The translations under genes and the position numbers were made by a program. Under the pieces are notes generated by a model. That model made no database searches and was not told where the DNA came from. It was given only the letters and a program-made list of their open reading frames with translations. From Bacilli bacterium (lineage in GTDB: Bacteria; Bacillota_I; Bacilli_A; Izemoplasmatales; Hujiaoplasmataceae), in assembly GCA_016935815.1 (NCBI GenBank), contig JAFGQH010000079.1, positions 2,328-66,327 on the forward strand: 64,000 bases of DNA, written 5' to 3'. Of this stretch, positions 34,822-44,583 are shown one piece after another (within the stretch, counting starts at the first letter, position 1; each line of letters begins with the position of its first letter).

Positions 34822-37440
34822 ATGAAAAAACTTCTCTTGATCGATGCCAGCAATCTGCTGTTTCGATCCTATTATGCGACTGCATATACAGGTAATTTAA
34901 TGCAAAACAAGGATGGACTCTATACCAATGGAATCTATGGTTTTGCGCATGCGATGAACATCTTGATGGCAGATGGGTACACTCACATTTTGGTTGCACT
35001 TGATCCAGGAGGGAAAACACATCGACATGTTGATTATCCAGAATATAAAGGAACTAGGAGTGATACACCACCAGAACTTATCATGCAATTTCCGTTGATG
35101 GAAGAATATCTGAAAGCTTTGGGAGTTTATTTCTATAAACAAGAATATTATGAAGCAGATGACATCATCGGCTATGCTGTTGATCATTTCAAAGAAGATT
35201 TTGATCAAATCACAATCTACAGCAATGATCACGACCTGATGCAACTTCTTGATACGAATGTCAATCAGATCGTTTCCAGAAAAGGCTTGAAAGAAATCGA
35301 AGTTTTTACTCCGGAATATTTGGAGGAAAAATTGGGTGTCAGACCAAACCAGATTGCTGACTACAAAGGGCTCGTCGGTGACACTTCGGACAACATCCCT
35401 GGAGTACCCGGAGTTGGACCGAAAACCGCCAGCAAACTTCTCTCCGAATATCATAACATCGAAACCTTATTCGAACATACAAGCGAGCTATCCGGAAAAC
35501 TGAGAGAGCGTATTGAAGAAAATAAAGAAATCGCTGAATTCTCGAAAAAATTGGCAACTATCATTACCGATTTCGATAGTGAAATAGATTTGAAAAAAAC
35601 CGAATATACCGGCTTTGACAAAGACGAATTGATTGCCTTCTATCAGAGAATGAATTTCTACTCATTCATCAAGAATTTGGGTACGAAAATCGAAACCAAA
35701 CCGAGTGATTATGTAATCATAAAAAAGCCGGAAGAATTGAAAGTGATCTTATCGGATCACTGTTATCTGCATCTGGAACTATTCGGATCCAATTATCATA
35801 GTGCCAAGGCACTGGGATTCGGAGTGATTTTCTCCGAAGTTCCATATTACATTCCATTTGAGATTGCTTTGCAAAGCAAGGATTTCATTCATTTTTTGGA
35901 ATCAGACAAATTCAAAAAATCAGTTTTTGATTTAAAAGCAATGAAAGTACATCTATTATGGCATGGCATTCATGTCAGAGGGTTCGAATACGATTTATTG
36001 CTTGCGGCCTATCTAAACAGTTCTTCCGTCAATCAAGATGAATTTCGAGAGGTAGTAGAACTCTATGGATACCACGATGTTCAGTTTGACCAGCAAGTCT
36101 ATGACAAAGGAGCCAAATATCATATTCCTGAAGAACAGACCTATATCACGCATATCATCACCAAGGTAAAAGCGATTGCCCAAACAAAAGCAATAGCTCT
36201 CGACAAAATCAAAGAATTTGATCAGGAGTCTTTGCTCAATGAAATTGAAATTCCTATGGCATCTGCTTTGGCTGAAATGGAATTCGAAGGGGTTCTGGTT
36301 GATCGAGATGCTTTGGAAGAATTTGGCAGTGATCTTCATATCAAAATCTCAGAATCCGAACAATTGATCTATGATTTAGCCGGAGAGCAGTTCAATATCA
36401 ATAGTCCGAAGCAATTAGGAGAAATCCTGTTTGAAAAATTGGGATTGCCATCCTCAAAAACCACAAAAACGGGCTATTCCACGGATATCTCAGTATTAAC
36501 TAAACTATCTGGATTCAATCCGATTATCGATTCAATCATCGGATACCGGACATACACAAAACTATATAGTACATACTATGAAGGATTCAAACAGGCTTTG
36601 ACATTAAAAGACGATTCCAGAATCCACACCATGTATCAACAAGCACTGACCAAAACCGGACGCTTGTCATCGAAAGATCCGAATCTTCAGAACATCCCTG
36701 TTCGGAATGAAGACGGAAGAGTCATCCGAAAAGTGTTTGTACCATCGAAAGGCAATGTTTTGCTATCATTTGATTACTCGCAAATCGAGTTGCGGGTTCT
36801 AGCAGAAATGGCCGATGTGAAAAATCTGAAATTGGCCTTTGAAAATGATGTGGATGTTCATGAAGCGACAGGAAAATTAATTTTCAGAAAAGACACCATC
36901 GATCGCGTTGAACGATCGATCGCCAAAGCTATCAACTTCAGTATCATCTACGGAAAAACTCCGTGGGGATTGTCCGAAGATTTGAATATCTCGATGAACA
37001 AAGCCAAAGAATTCATCGAGAATTATTATGAAAATTATCCGGAAATCAAAACCATGATGGATGCTAATGAGACCTATGCGAAAGAACACGGATTCGTGAA
37101 AACCAAGTTCAATCGAGTGGTTTATATAGATGAGATCCTTTCCAAAAACTACCAAACCAGACAGTTTGGAAAACGGATAGCGATGAACGCACCAATCCAA
37201 GGCACTGCAGCGGACATCCTGAAAATCGCCATGGTTAAGATCAAGAATCAATTTGAAAGCAAACAGTTAAAATCAAAAATGATTCTTCAAATCCATGACG
37301 AAATCGTCTTGGATGTCGTACCAGAAGAAGAAAAACGAGTGACAGAAATCGTGAGAGAAACAATGGAACACGCGGTGGATTTCAAAACGAAACTGGTTGC
37401 GAACTACGCAACGGGAGATAACCTTTACGAGGTGAAATAA
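34822..37440 (+). CDS. polA: DNA polymerase I
   Basis: 5'-3' exonuclease (YKGTR, EADDIIG, GDTSDNIPGVPGVGPKTA), TGRLSSKDPNLQNIP, DYSQIELR, AKAINFSIIYG, QIHDE. Confidence 0.97.
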   Translation: MKKLLLIDASNLLFRSYYATAYTGNLMQNKDGLYTNGIYGFAHAMNILMADGYTHILVALDPGGKTHRHVDYPEYKGTRSDTPPELIMQFPLMEEYLKALGVYFYKQEYYEADDIIGYAVDHFKEDFDQITIYSNDHDLMQLLDTNVNQIVSRKGLKEIEVFTPEYLEEKLGVRPNQIADYKGLVGDTSDNIPGVPGVGPKTASKLLSEYHNIETLFEHTSELSGKLRERIEENKEIAEFSKKLATIITDFDSEIDLKKTEYTGFDKDELIAFYQRMNFYSFIKNLGTKIETKPSDYVIIKKPEELKVILSDHCYLHLELFGSNYHSAKALGFGVIFSEVPYYIPFEIALQSKDFIHFLESDKFKKSVFDLKAMKVHLLWHGIHVRGFEYDLLLAAYLNSSSVNQDEFREVVELYGYHDVQFDQQVYDKGAKYHIPEEQTYITHIITKVKAIAQTKAIALDKIKEFDQESLLNEIEIPMASALAEMEFEGVLVDRDALEEFGSDLHIKISESEQLIYDLAGEQFNINSPKQLGEILFEKLGLPSSKTTKTGYSTDISVLTKLSGFNPIIDSIIGYRTYTKLYSTYYEGFKQALTLKDDSRIHTMYQQALTKTGRLSSKDPNLQNIPVRNEDGRVIRKVFVPSKGNVLLSFDYSQIELRVLAEMADVKNLKLAFENDVDVHEATGKLIFRKDTIDRVERSIAKAINFSIIYGKTPWGLSEDLNISMNKAKEFIENYYENYPEIKTMMDANETYAKEHGFVKTKFNRVVYIDEILSKNYQTRQFGKRIAMNAPIQGTAADILKIAMVKIKNQFESKQLKSKMILQIHDEIVLDVVPEEEKRVTEIVRETMEHAVDFKTKLVANYATGDNLYEVK

Positions 37441-38861
37441 TGCCTGAACTACCTGAAGTTGAGACGGTTCGTCAGACGCTCAAGAATTTAATCATCGGAG
37501 AAAAAATCACCGACATCTTGGTTCGTTATGATGGCATCATCAAGCCGCTCTCTATCGCACAATTCAAGAAACGACTGATCGGTCAAAGCTTCAGAGATAT
37601 TCGTAGAAAAGCGAAATATCTCTTCTTTGATTTCGACTCGTTGACAATGGTGAGTCACCTGCGAATGGAAGGCAAATACTACCTTAGAAACTCTCTGAAA
37701 GAATGCACCAAACACGAACATGTCATTTTTGAGTTGAATCATTCACAGTATCTCTGTTATCACGACGTCCGCAAATTCGGTACGATGGAATTGACGGATC
37801 TTCATCAAGAACTTGCTATTCCAAGCGTATCAGCACTTGGCAAGGAAGGCAATGATCCGACTTGGCTTGCGGAAGATTTTTTTGAAAAAATCAAGTTCAC
37901 AAAACGCCCGATGAAATCGATTCTTCTCGATCAACACATCATATCCGGTTTGGGGAACATCTATGTCGATGAAACCTTGTTCCGTTCCAAAATCAATCCA
38001 AATACACTTGGTAACGAAATCAACCTCTATCAAGCAAAGAGAGTCATAAAATCCGCAAAAGAAGTGCTTAACAAAGCGACAAATCTTGGAGGTACTACGA
38101 TTCGCACATATCATTCAAACATCGGAGTGGACGGACGATTCCAAAATGAACTTATGGTTCACACTTTTGTTGGAGAACCTTGTCGAATCTGTGGAGATAC
38201 CATTCAAAAAACCAAAGTGGGTGGCAGAGGAACGTATTACTGTCCAACCTGCCAAAGAGACGATCATTTGTTGATCGTCGGATTGACAGGAGGAATCGCC
38301 AGTGGCAAGTCATTTGTTTCAAATTGGTTTTCGAAACACAAGGTGCCAGTTCTCGACGCAGACAAGATTTATAAAAATCTATTAAAAACAAATGAAATAA
38401 TGTATAATGAAATTGTGCAAAATTTCGGGGACATTGTGCAAAGAAACCACGAAATCGACCGACAGGCATTAGGCAAAATCATCTTTCAAGATCCGAAAAA
38501 ACGCGAATTACTGAACCAAATCACACATCCATTTGTCTTAGAAGAGATGAAACAAGAAATTGCTCAGTACCAAAAAAAGAGAACCAAGATGATCATTCTC
38601 GACATCCCTTTGTTATTTGAAGCGAAACTGGAATATATGGTCGATATAATCATGTTAGCCTATGTTGATCCAAACACTCAGATACATCGTTTGATGGATC
38701 GAGATCAGATATCAAAATCCGAAGCAGAAAAGAAGATTCAGTCCCAAATGAAGTTGGAAGAAAAGATCAAAAAAGCGGATATCATTATCGATAATTCCTT
38801 TGACCCTAATCATACAAAGGAACAACTTCTAGAGATATATCGAACATTGAGGAGGAAATAA
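37440..38861 (+). CDS. mutM-coaE: Fused formamidopyrimidine-DNA glycosylase (MutM/Fpg) and dephospho-CoA kinase (CoaE)
   Basis: PELPEV N-terminus, HLRMEG, GLGNIY, zinc finger CRIC..CPTC, then in frame GLTGGIASGKS, DAD, THP, DIPLLFE. Confidence 0.93.
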   Translation: MPELPEVETVRQTLKNLIIGEKITDILVRYDGIIKPLSIAQFKKRLIGQSFRDIRRKAKYLFFDFDSLTMVSHLRMEGKYYLRNSLKECTKHEHVIFELNHSQYLCYHDVRKFGTMELTDLHQELAIPSVSALGKEGNDPTWLAEDFFEKIKFTKRPMKSILLDQHIISGLGNIYVDETLFRSKINPNTLGNEINLYQAKRVIKSAKEVLNKATNLGGTTIRTYHSNIGVDGRFQNELMVHTFVGEPCRICGDTIQKTKVGGRGTYYCPTCQRDDHLLIVGLTGGIASGKSFVSNWFSKHKVPVLDADKIYKNLLKTNEIMYNEIVQNFGDIVQRNHEIDRQALGKIIFQDPKKRELLNQITHPFVLEEMKQEIAQYQKKRTKMIILDIPLLFEAKLEYMVDIIMLAYVDPNTQIHRLMDRDQISKSEAEKKIQSQMKLEEKIKKADIIIDNSFDPNHTKEQLLEIYRTLRRK

Positions 38862-38862
38862 C

Positions 38863-39228
38863 ATGTCAATCAAAAGTTTCTTTTCACCAAGTTGTGAAAC
38901 CAGAGAAATGCATGTGGATCCCGCATTGAGAACCCATTATTACCGCAACAATTTCAAACAAGTAGTGGAGGGTTTAACTAAACTTGCGGAGAAAAACAAT
39001 ATGGCCGTGAAGGACATCAATGAAATCCATAAGGAAATCTATTTGATAGGAAATGGATTTGATTGTATCGTTACCGTGAGTCAGATTTCTCCAATTGAAG
39101 CCGGCATCGACTTCAAAATCAATTTCTTTTCGGCAGTTGGCTTTGGCCGTCCGGTAAAGAAGGCATTGAAACTCTTTAAGGATCTTGCTGAGATTCTAAA
39201 TTTTAAAGGCATCGCATTACACCCGTAA
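38863..39228 (+). CDS. Conserved hypothetical cytosolic protein
   Basis: AGGAGG SD; CETRExHxDPxLRTHYY motif resembles the small Bacillus protein found between coaE and dnaB (from recall). Confidence 0.65.
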   Translation: MSIKSFFSPSCETREMHVDPALRTHYYRNNFKQVVEGLTKLAEKNNMAVKDINEIHKEIYLIGNGFDCIVTVSQISPIEAGIDFKINFFSAVGFGRPVKKALKLFKDLAEILNFKGIALHP

Positions 39229-39238
39229 GGAGAACATA

Positions 39239-40450
39239 TTGGAAACAATCAGAAGAAGTGATACATTTGTTGTTTCCGGAGAAGGCTTTTGTTCTTCCAT
39301 CGATTATCAGGTTTTGACCTTGCTCTATCAACCGATCATCGGAGATTCGGCTTATACCTTGTATCTCACGTTGATGAATCTGATGGACCGGCAATCTTTA
39401 ATTTCGGAAGAATATCTACATGCTGATCTGGAATCCCTCTTGAATCGCAAATTGGAATTCATCGAAGAGGATCGATACAAACTCGAAGCCATTGGTCTAT
39501 TGGTCACTTTTTTTGCTGGCGACAGTTTCACATATGAGATAAAATTACCGCTTTCCGCAAGAGGATTTGTCAACGATGGAATTCTAGGTCAGTATCTGAT
39601 TACCGCAATCACGAAAAAAAGATTCAAGAAAATCCTCAAGATTTTTAAAATCGCCCAACCAAACAAAAAACAGAAATACAATATTTCAAAAGCATTCAAC
39701 GAGATTTTTCCATCTATGGGGATTGCGGAAGAACTATATGAATCCAATTTGGTCGCCGGAGATAAAAGCCGCTTTATCTCGCTAAACGAATACGATTTTA
39801 ATTGGAGACTCTTTCAAGAAAGTCTGCCAGAAGGCTTTATCTCTGCAGATGATCTCACGGAAGCAATCAAACGCAAAGTGGAAAGCTTGTCTTACGTATA
39901 CGGTCTAGATGAACTGCAAATGAAGGATATTCTTCTCAAATCCTTGGATGAGAACAATCATGTCAATATCGTCAGTTTGTCCAAAAACGCAAGATATGAA
40001 TTCGAATCAATAGAACAAACTACCGAAAAACAAAAAACGCAAGAAAAACCTGTTGAACGAAACAACCCAACCGAACCGGGGGAGTTTTTCAAAAACGTCT
40101 CACCAATCCAGTTGTTAGAAGAAATGGGAGAAGGAATGGTCTCTTCCGCTGACCTAAGAACCGTTGAACGATTGATTGAAGAAGTCGGTCTTAATCCTTC
40201 TGTCGTCAATGTTTTGATCGCTTACATCGCTAGAACAAAAGACGGTGTTCTTCCTGGTTATACCTACTTCCAAAAAGTCGGTATGTCCTGGAAACGAAAT
40301 CAGATAACCACAGTGGAACTCGCAATGGATTATGTCAAACATCTGGAAGCACAGAAGAACAATCCAAAGTCCACTTATAATAAGAACAAACCAAAAGATG
40401 TCGAAGTCGATTGGTTGGAAGATTATATCAACAATATGGAAGATAGGTGA
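39239..40450 (+). CDS. dnaB: Replication initiation/membrane attachment protein DnaB (Bacillota type)
   Basis: LTLLYQPIIG, KLEAIGLL, LPLSA..F, DnaD-like C-terminal domain (VVNVLIxY..Y..KV..SW); precedes dnaI. Confidence 0.88.
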   Translation: METIRRSDTFVVSGEGFCSSIDYQVLTLLYQPIIGDSAYTLYLTLMNLMDRQSLISEEYLHADLESLLNRKLEFIEEDRYKLEAIGLLVTFFAGDSFTYEIKLPLSARGFVNDGILGQYLITAITKKRFKKILKIFKIAQPNKKQKYNISKAFNEIFPSMGIAEELYESNLVAGDKSRFISLNEYDFNWRLFQESLPEGFISADDLTEAIKRKVESLSYVYGLDELQMKDILLKSLDENNHVNIVSLSKNARYEFESIEQTTEKQKTQEKPVERNNPTEPGEFFKNVSPIQLLEEMGEGMVSSADLRTVERLIEEVGLNPSVVNVLIAYIARTKDGVLPGYTYFQKVGMSWKRNQITTVELAMDYVKHLEAQKNNPKSTYNKNKPKDVEVDWLEDYINNMEDR

Positions 40451-41352
40451 TCCTCGTGAAAAAGATCAACGATTTTTTGCCAAAAACCGAATCTGTAGAT
40501 TATGATGAGATCATCGATCGTTTCATGGCGGATCCAATCGTCAGCGATTTTATCATCAAAAATGATCTTACAAACGAAACCATCAAAGAAGGAATCAACG
40601 ATATCTTGACTTTTATGGAAGAAAAAGACAAATGCAACCAGTGTAAAGGTCTTTATGAGTGCAAACTCAATACGACAGGATACTGGCCTCGTTTGGAACT
40701 CTATAACGGTTCAATCCAATTGCAGTATGAAAAATGTCAGTACAATCAAATGGTGGATTCTTCCAGAAACATCGATGCTTTCTATGTACCGAAGAAAATC
40801 TTCCAAGCCAGCTTGGATGATTTTGATATGCTTGGTCCAGTCCGCAAAGAAATTCATCGTTTCATGATGCGTTTCATCAAGGATTACGATCGTGAAAACT
40901 ATGTCAAAGGAATGTATATCAGTGGCCCTTATGGAACTGGCAAAACATATATTCTCGCAACCATGGCAAATGAACTCGCTAAGAAGGGGTTCCATTTGAC
41001 ATTTGCATATTATCCTGACTTGGTAAGAGAATTAAAATCCTCGATCGGCTCCGGCTCTTTCGAAGATAAGATCGAATCTTTAAAGACAACAGAGCTTCTT
41101 TTTTTGGATGACATTGGCGGTGAAAGCCCGAATGCATTTATCCGCGATGAGGTATTAGGTCCAATCTTGCAATACCGTTTATTGGATCAAAAACCGACGT
41201 TTTTCTCATCCAATTTGAAGTCCAAAGTATTAATCGATGCGATGGCAAAAGACAACTCTTCCTTAGAGAAAACCAAATCACTTCGAATTGTCGAACGCAT
41301 TCGTGCATTGACTGACGAATTTGAATTGACTGAAAAACCTCATATTTCTTGA
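40447..41352 (+). CDS. dnaI: Primosomal helicase loader DnaI
   Basis: N-terminal Zn Cys cluster CxxCxxxxxC, Walker A GPYGTGKT, LFLDDIGGE, RDEVLGPILQYR, FFSSN. Confidence 0.92.
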   Translation: MILVKKINDFLPKTESVDYDEIIDRFMADPIVSDFIIKNDLTNETIKEGINDILTFMEEKDKCNQCKGLYECKLNTTGYWPRLELYNGSIQLQYEKCQYNQMVDSSRNIDAFYVPKKIFQASLDDFDMLGPVRKEIHRFMMRFIKDYDRENYVKGMYISGPYGTGKTYILATMANELAKKGFHLTFAYYPDLVRELKSSIGSGSFEDKIESLKTTELLFLDDIGGESPNAFIRDEVLGPILQYRLLDQKPTFFSSNLKSKVLIDAMAKDNSSLEKTKSLRIVERIRALTDEFELTEKPHIS

Positions 41353-41376
41353 CATCTGTATAAAAACAGATATAAT
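41349..41376 (+). promoter_or_regulatory. SigA-type promoter of thrS
   Basis: TTGACA-16 nt-TATAAT. Confidence 0.7.
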
Positions 41377-41386
41377 ATGTACTATA

Positions 41387-41596
41387 AAGACGAAGAAGAG
41401 GACAAGATGATCCTGTATCTTTCCAAAAGCGAGTCCGGGTTGGTGTAAGCCGGATGGAAAAAAGGATAATTACCACCTCGAAGTCGGCTCTTGAAAGAGT
41501 CCCGTACCAGGCGTTAACGGATTGAGTGCTTATCATTGATAAGAATTAAGGTGGTACCGCGATTACATCGTCCTTTTCTAAGGGCGATTTTTTTTA
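41387..41596 (+). ncRNA. T-box riboswitch (Thr, specifier ACC)
   Basis: AGCGA/GGTG stem I motifs, AATT-ACC-A specifier, GCGTTA, AAGGTGGTACCGCG, terminator ATCGTCCTT..AAGGGCGATTTTTTTT. Confidence 0.92.
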
Positions 41597-41615
41597 TGTA
41601 TAAGGAGGAATTATT

Positions 41616-43520
41616 ATGTTTATTAAACTACCTGGAGGAAATGAATTGAGTTACGAACAAGAGCGTTCTTTGTTCGATATTGCGAATGACATTTCTCCAT
41701 CCCTGAAAAAACGATCTATCGTTGCTAGACTGAATGGCAAATTGGTGGATATGAATACCGTCGTAACCAAGGACGCCGAAGTGGAGTTTATCACAACGGA
41801 AGATCCAGAAGCGCTTGAGGTCTTGAGACATTCCTCTGCCCACCTATTGGCAGAAGCTGTCAAGACTCTTTATCCGCATGCGCATTTTGGTGTCGGGCCA
41901 GTGATTGAAGATGGTTTTTACTATGATATCGATTTGGGAGAGGATGTCTTATCAGAACATGATCTTCCTGTCATCGAGAAATTGATGAATAAAATCGCTT
42001 CTCAGAACAGTCAAATCGAACGCGAAGTTGTATCCAAAGAACAAGCATTGGAATTGTTCAAAGACGATCCATACAAAGTTGAATTGATCAAAGAACTGCC
42101 AGAATCCGAAGAAATCAGCGTCTACAAACAAGCTCATTTCATAGATTTATGCCGAGGACCTCATCTACCAGGAACCAAATGGATCAAACATGTGAAATTG
42201 CTGAGCCTTGCAGGAGCCTATTGGAGAGGTAATTCCGATAACATCCAATTGACTAGAGTGTATGGAACTGCCTTTTTCAGTAAAGAGGAATTGGATGAAC
42301 ACTTGAATCTTTTGGAAGAACGCAAGAAACGCGATCACAGGAAACTTGGAAAACAACTCGATTTATTCATGTTGAGCGAATATGGTCCTGGCTTCCCATT
42401 CTGGCTGCCAAACGGAATGATTCTAAGACGTGAATTGGAATCCTTTTGGTATAATGTTCATCTCAAAGAAGGATATAAACTGATTCAAACTCCAATCATG
42501 TTGAACAAAGAATTATGGGAAATTTCCGGTCACTGGGAAAACTACCGTGAAAACATGTATACTTCAGAGATCGATGATATGGAATTCGCTATCAAACCGA
42601 TGAACTGCCCAGGCGGTATGTTGGTATACAAGCGCGATATCCATTCTTACAAAGATTTCCCATTGAAAGTCGGAGAACTCGGTCTGGTTCATCGTCACGA
42701 GGCAAGTGGTGCTTTGAACGGATTGTTTCGAGTGCGAAACTTCACTCAAGATGATGCTCATATCTTCATGACTGAAGATCAGATTGTTCAAGAAATCAGA
42801 GAATTGGTTCGTTTGTTCGATTACATGTATAAAGTATTCGATTTGGAATACCATATCGAATTGTCCACTCGTCCGGAAGATAAATTCATCGGTAAAATCG
42901 AAACGTGGGACAGAGCAGAAAAGGCGTTGGCAGATGCTTTGGAATCGATGGGGCAAGACTACAAATTGAACCCTGGAGACGGTGCCTTCTACGGACCGAA
43001 ACTCGACTTCAAATTGAAGGATTCGATGAAACGAATCTGGCAGTGCGGTACCATTCAATTGGATATGAACTTACCGGAACGTTTTGATTTGACCTACATC
43101 GATCATAATGGAGAAAAACAAAGACCGGTTATGCTGCACCGTGCGTTGTATGGATCGATCGAACGATTCATCGGAATCTTGATCGAACATTACGCAGGAG
43201 CATTCCCAACTTGGATGTCACCGGTCCAAGTCAAGGTCATCCCTGTCAACAACGAATATCATTTGGACTATGCAAAAGAACTTGTTGATCTGCTAAAGGA
43301 TAATGGTATCCGCGTGGAAATCGATGATCGAGATGAGAAACTCGGATATAAAATCCGGGAAGCCCAGACCAAGAAAATTCCGTATCAACTTGTGATTGGG
43401 GATAAGGAATTGAGTAGTGGCGAGGTCAATTACAGACGCTATGGCGAGCAAAATCAAATGGCAATTCCGAAAGCGGAATTTGTTCAATTGATTCTCAAAG
43501 AAATCAAAGACAAGAAATAA
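41616..43520 (+). CDS. thrS: Threonine--tRNA ligase
   Basis: TGS domain, RHSSAHLLA, DLCRGPH, RDHRKLG, KPMNCP, HRHE, FYGPK, HRALYGSIERF. Confidence 0.98.
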   Translation: MFIKLPGGNELSYEQERSLFDIANDISPSLKKRSIVARLNGKLVDMNTVVTKDAEVEFITTEDPEALEVLRHSSAHLLAEAVKTLYPHAHFGVGPVIEDGFYYDIDLGEDVLSEHDLPVIEKLMNKIASQNSQIEREVVSKEQALELFKDDPYKVELIKELPESEEISVYKQAHFIDLCRGPHLPGTKWIKHVKLLSLAGAYWRGNSDNIQLTRVYGTAFFSKEELDEHLNLLEERKKRDHRKLGKQLDLFMLSEYGPGFPFWLPNGMILRRELESFWYNVHLKEGYKLIQTPIMLNKELWEISGHWENYRENMYTSEIDDMEFAIKPMNCPGGMLVYKRDIHSYKDFPLKVGELGLVHRHEASGALNGLFRVRNFTQDDAHIFMTEDQIVQEIRELVRLFDYMYKVFDLEYHIELSTRPEDKFIGKIETWDRAEKALADALESMGQDYKLNPGDGAFYGPKLDFKLKDSMKRIWQCGTIQLDMNLPERFDLTYIDHNGEKQRPVMLHRALYGSIERFIGILIEHYAGAFPTWMSPVQVKVIPVNNEYHLDYAKELVDLLKDNGIRVEIDDRDEKLGYKIREAQTKKIPYQLVIGDKELSSGEVNYRRYGEQNQMAIPKAEFVQLILKEIKDKK

Positions 43521-43525
43521 AAAAT

Positions 43526-43566
43526 GTCCGCAGGAAAGCATTGCTATCTTGCGGATTTTGTTTTTT
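43526..43566 (+). terminator. Intrinsic terminator after thrS
   Basis: TCCGCAGGA..TCTTGCGGA followed by TTTTGTTTTTT. Confidence 0.65.
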
Positions 43567-43605
43567 GAAGCGGCTTTGCTATAATGGATTTGGAGGGTAA
43601 AATTT

Positions 43606-44565
43606 ATGGATTTGATCACGTGGTTGAAAGAAGGAGATGTCGCGATATTGTATCAAACATATCGAGATATTTTGAACCAAGAAAAACCGGAACTCAGAAA
43701 CCGAATTGCATCCGAAGGCTTTGGTAAGAGATTACTGACCTTACAACAGAAAGACGGACACTGGGGTGGGGGTTATTATCGCAAGAAATGGATTTCCACA
43801 CATTATACGTTAATGGAATTAAGACGTTTGAATGCACCCCCAACAGAGGCAATCTTAAAAGCTTGTAACCTGATTATTGACCAATATACAGTCGATGTCG
43901 AAGTCGAAGGATCGTTTCGAAAGATATGGACAATCCACGATGTCTGCATGTGTGCCATGATGTTTTATGCATTTACATATTGGCAACTTCCAGAAAACAA
44001 GATTCGACCGATGCTGGATTACATGCTTGACGAACAGATGAAAGATGGCGGATACAATTGTGATTACAAACGTCCTCACAAACATCCCCATCATAGTTCT
44101 TTGCATTCAACCATTTCTGTGATTGAAGCAATGAATGGATATATCATGGGTGGATATCATTATCGTAAAGAAGAAGTACTGAAACAGCGCAAAGAAGCAA
44201 TAGAGTTTGTGTTGATGCATCGCTTATTCAAGTCGGACAAAACCGGAGAACCCATCAAAAAGCAATTCACTTTGCTTTCTTTTCCACCGCGTTGGAAATA
44301 TGATATCTTAAGATCGTTGGACGCTTTGAGAGAATCAGGAATGGAATATGATCCAAGAATGGAGGACGCCTTCGAAGTACTCTATCAAAAGCGTAGAAAA
44401 GATGGTACTTGGCCGGTGCAACAGAAGTATTCCGGAGCGGTACACTTCGATATGGAACCAACCGGATCCAGCAGTCGAATGAATACCCTTAGGGTTTTGA
44501 GGGTGCTCAAACATTTCAAACCACAGGTGTACCAAGAAATATTAAACGAAACAAAAAAGGCTTGA
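43606..44565 (+). CDS. Hypothetical protein with prenyltransferase/squalene-cyclase-like (QW-type) repeats
   Basis: Three Q/RxxDGxW/Y motifs (QQKDGHW, QMKDGGYNC, RRKDGTW), YxxKWxSTHYT, HSSxHST, FPPRWKYDILR. Confidence 0.6.
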   Translation: MDLITWLKEGDVAILYQTYRDILNQEKPELRNRIASEGFGKRLLTLQQKDGHWGGGYYRKKWISTHYTLMELRRLNAPPTEAILKACNLIIDQYTVDVEVEGSFRKIWTIHDVCMCAMMFYAFTYWQLPENKIRPMLDYMLDEQMKDGGYNCDYKRPHKHPHHSSLHSTISVIEAMNGYIMGGYHYRKEEVLKQRKEAIEFVLMHRLFKSDKTGEPIKKQFTLLSFPPRWKYDILRSLDALRESGMEYDPRMEDAFEVLYQKRRKDGTWPVQQKYSGAVHFDMEPTGSSSRMNTLRVLRVLKHFKPQVYQEILNETKKA

Positions 44566-44582
44566 TTCGATTCAAGCCTTTT
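44553..44582. terminator. Bidirectional intrinsic terminator
   Basis: AAAAAAGGCTTGA-ttcgat-TCAAGCCTTTT. Confidence 0.75.
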
Positions 44583-44583
44583 G

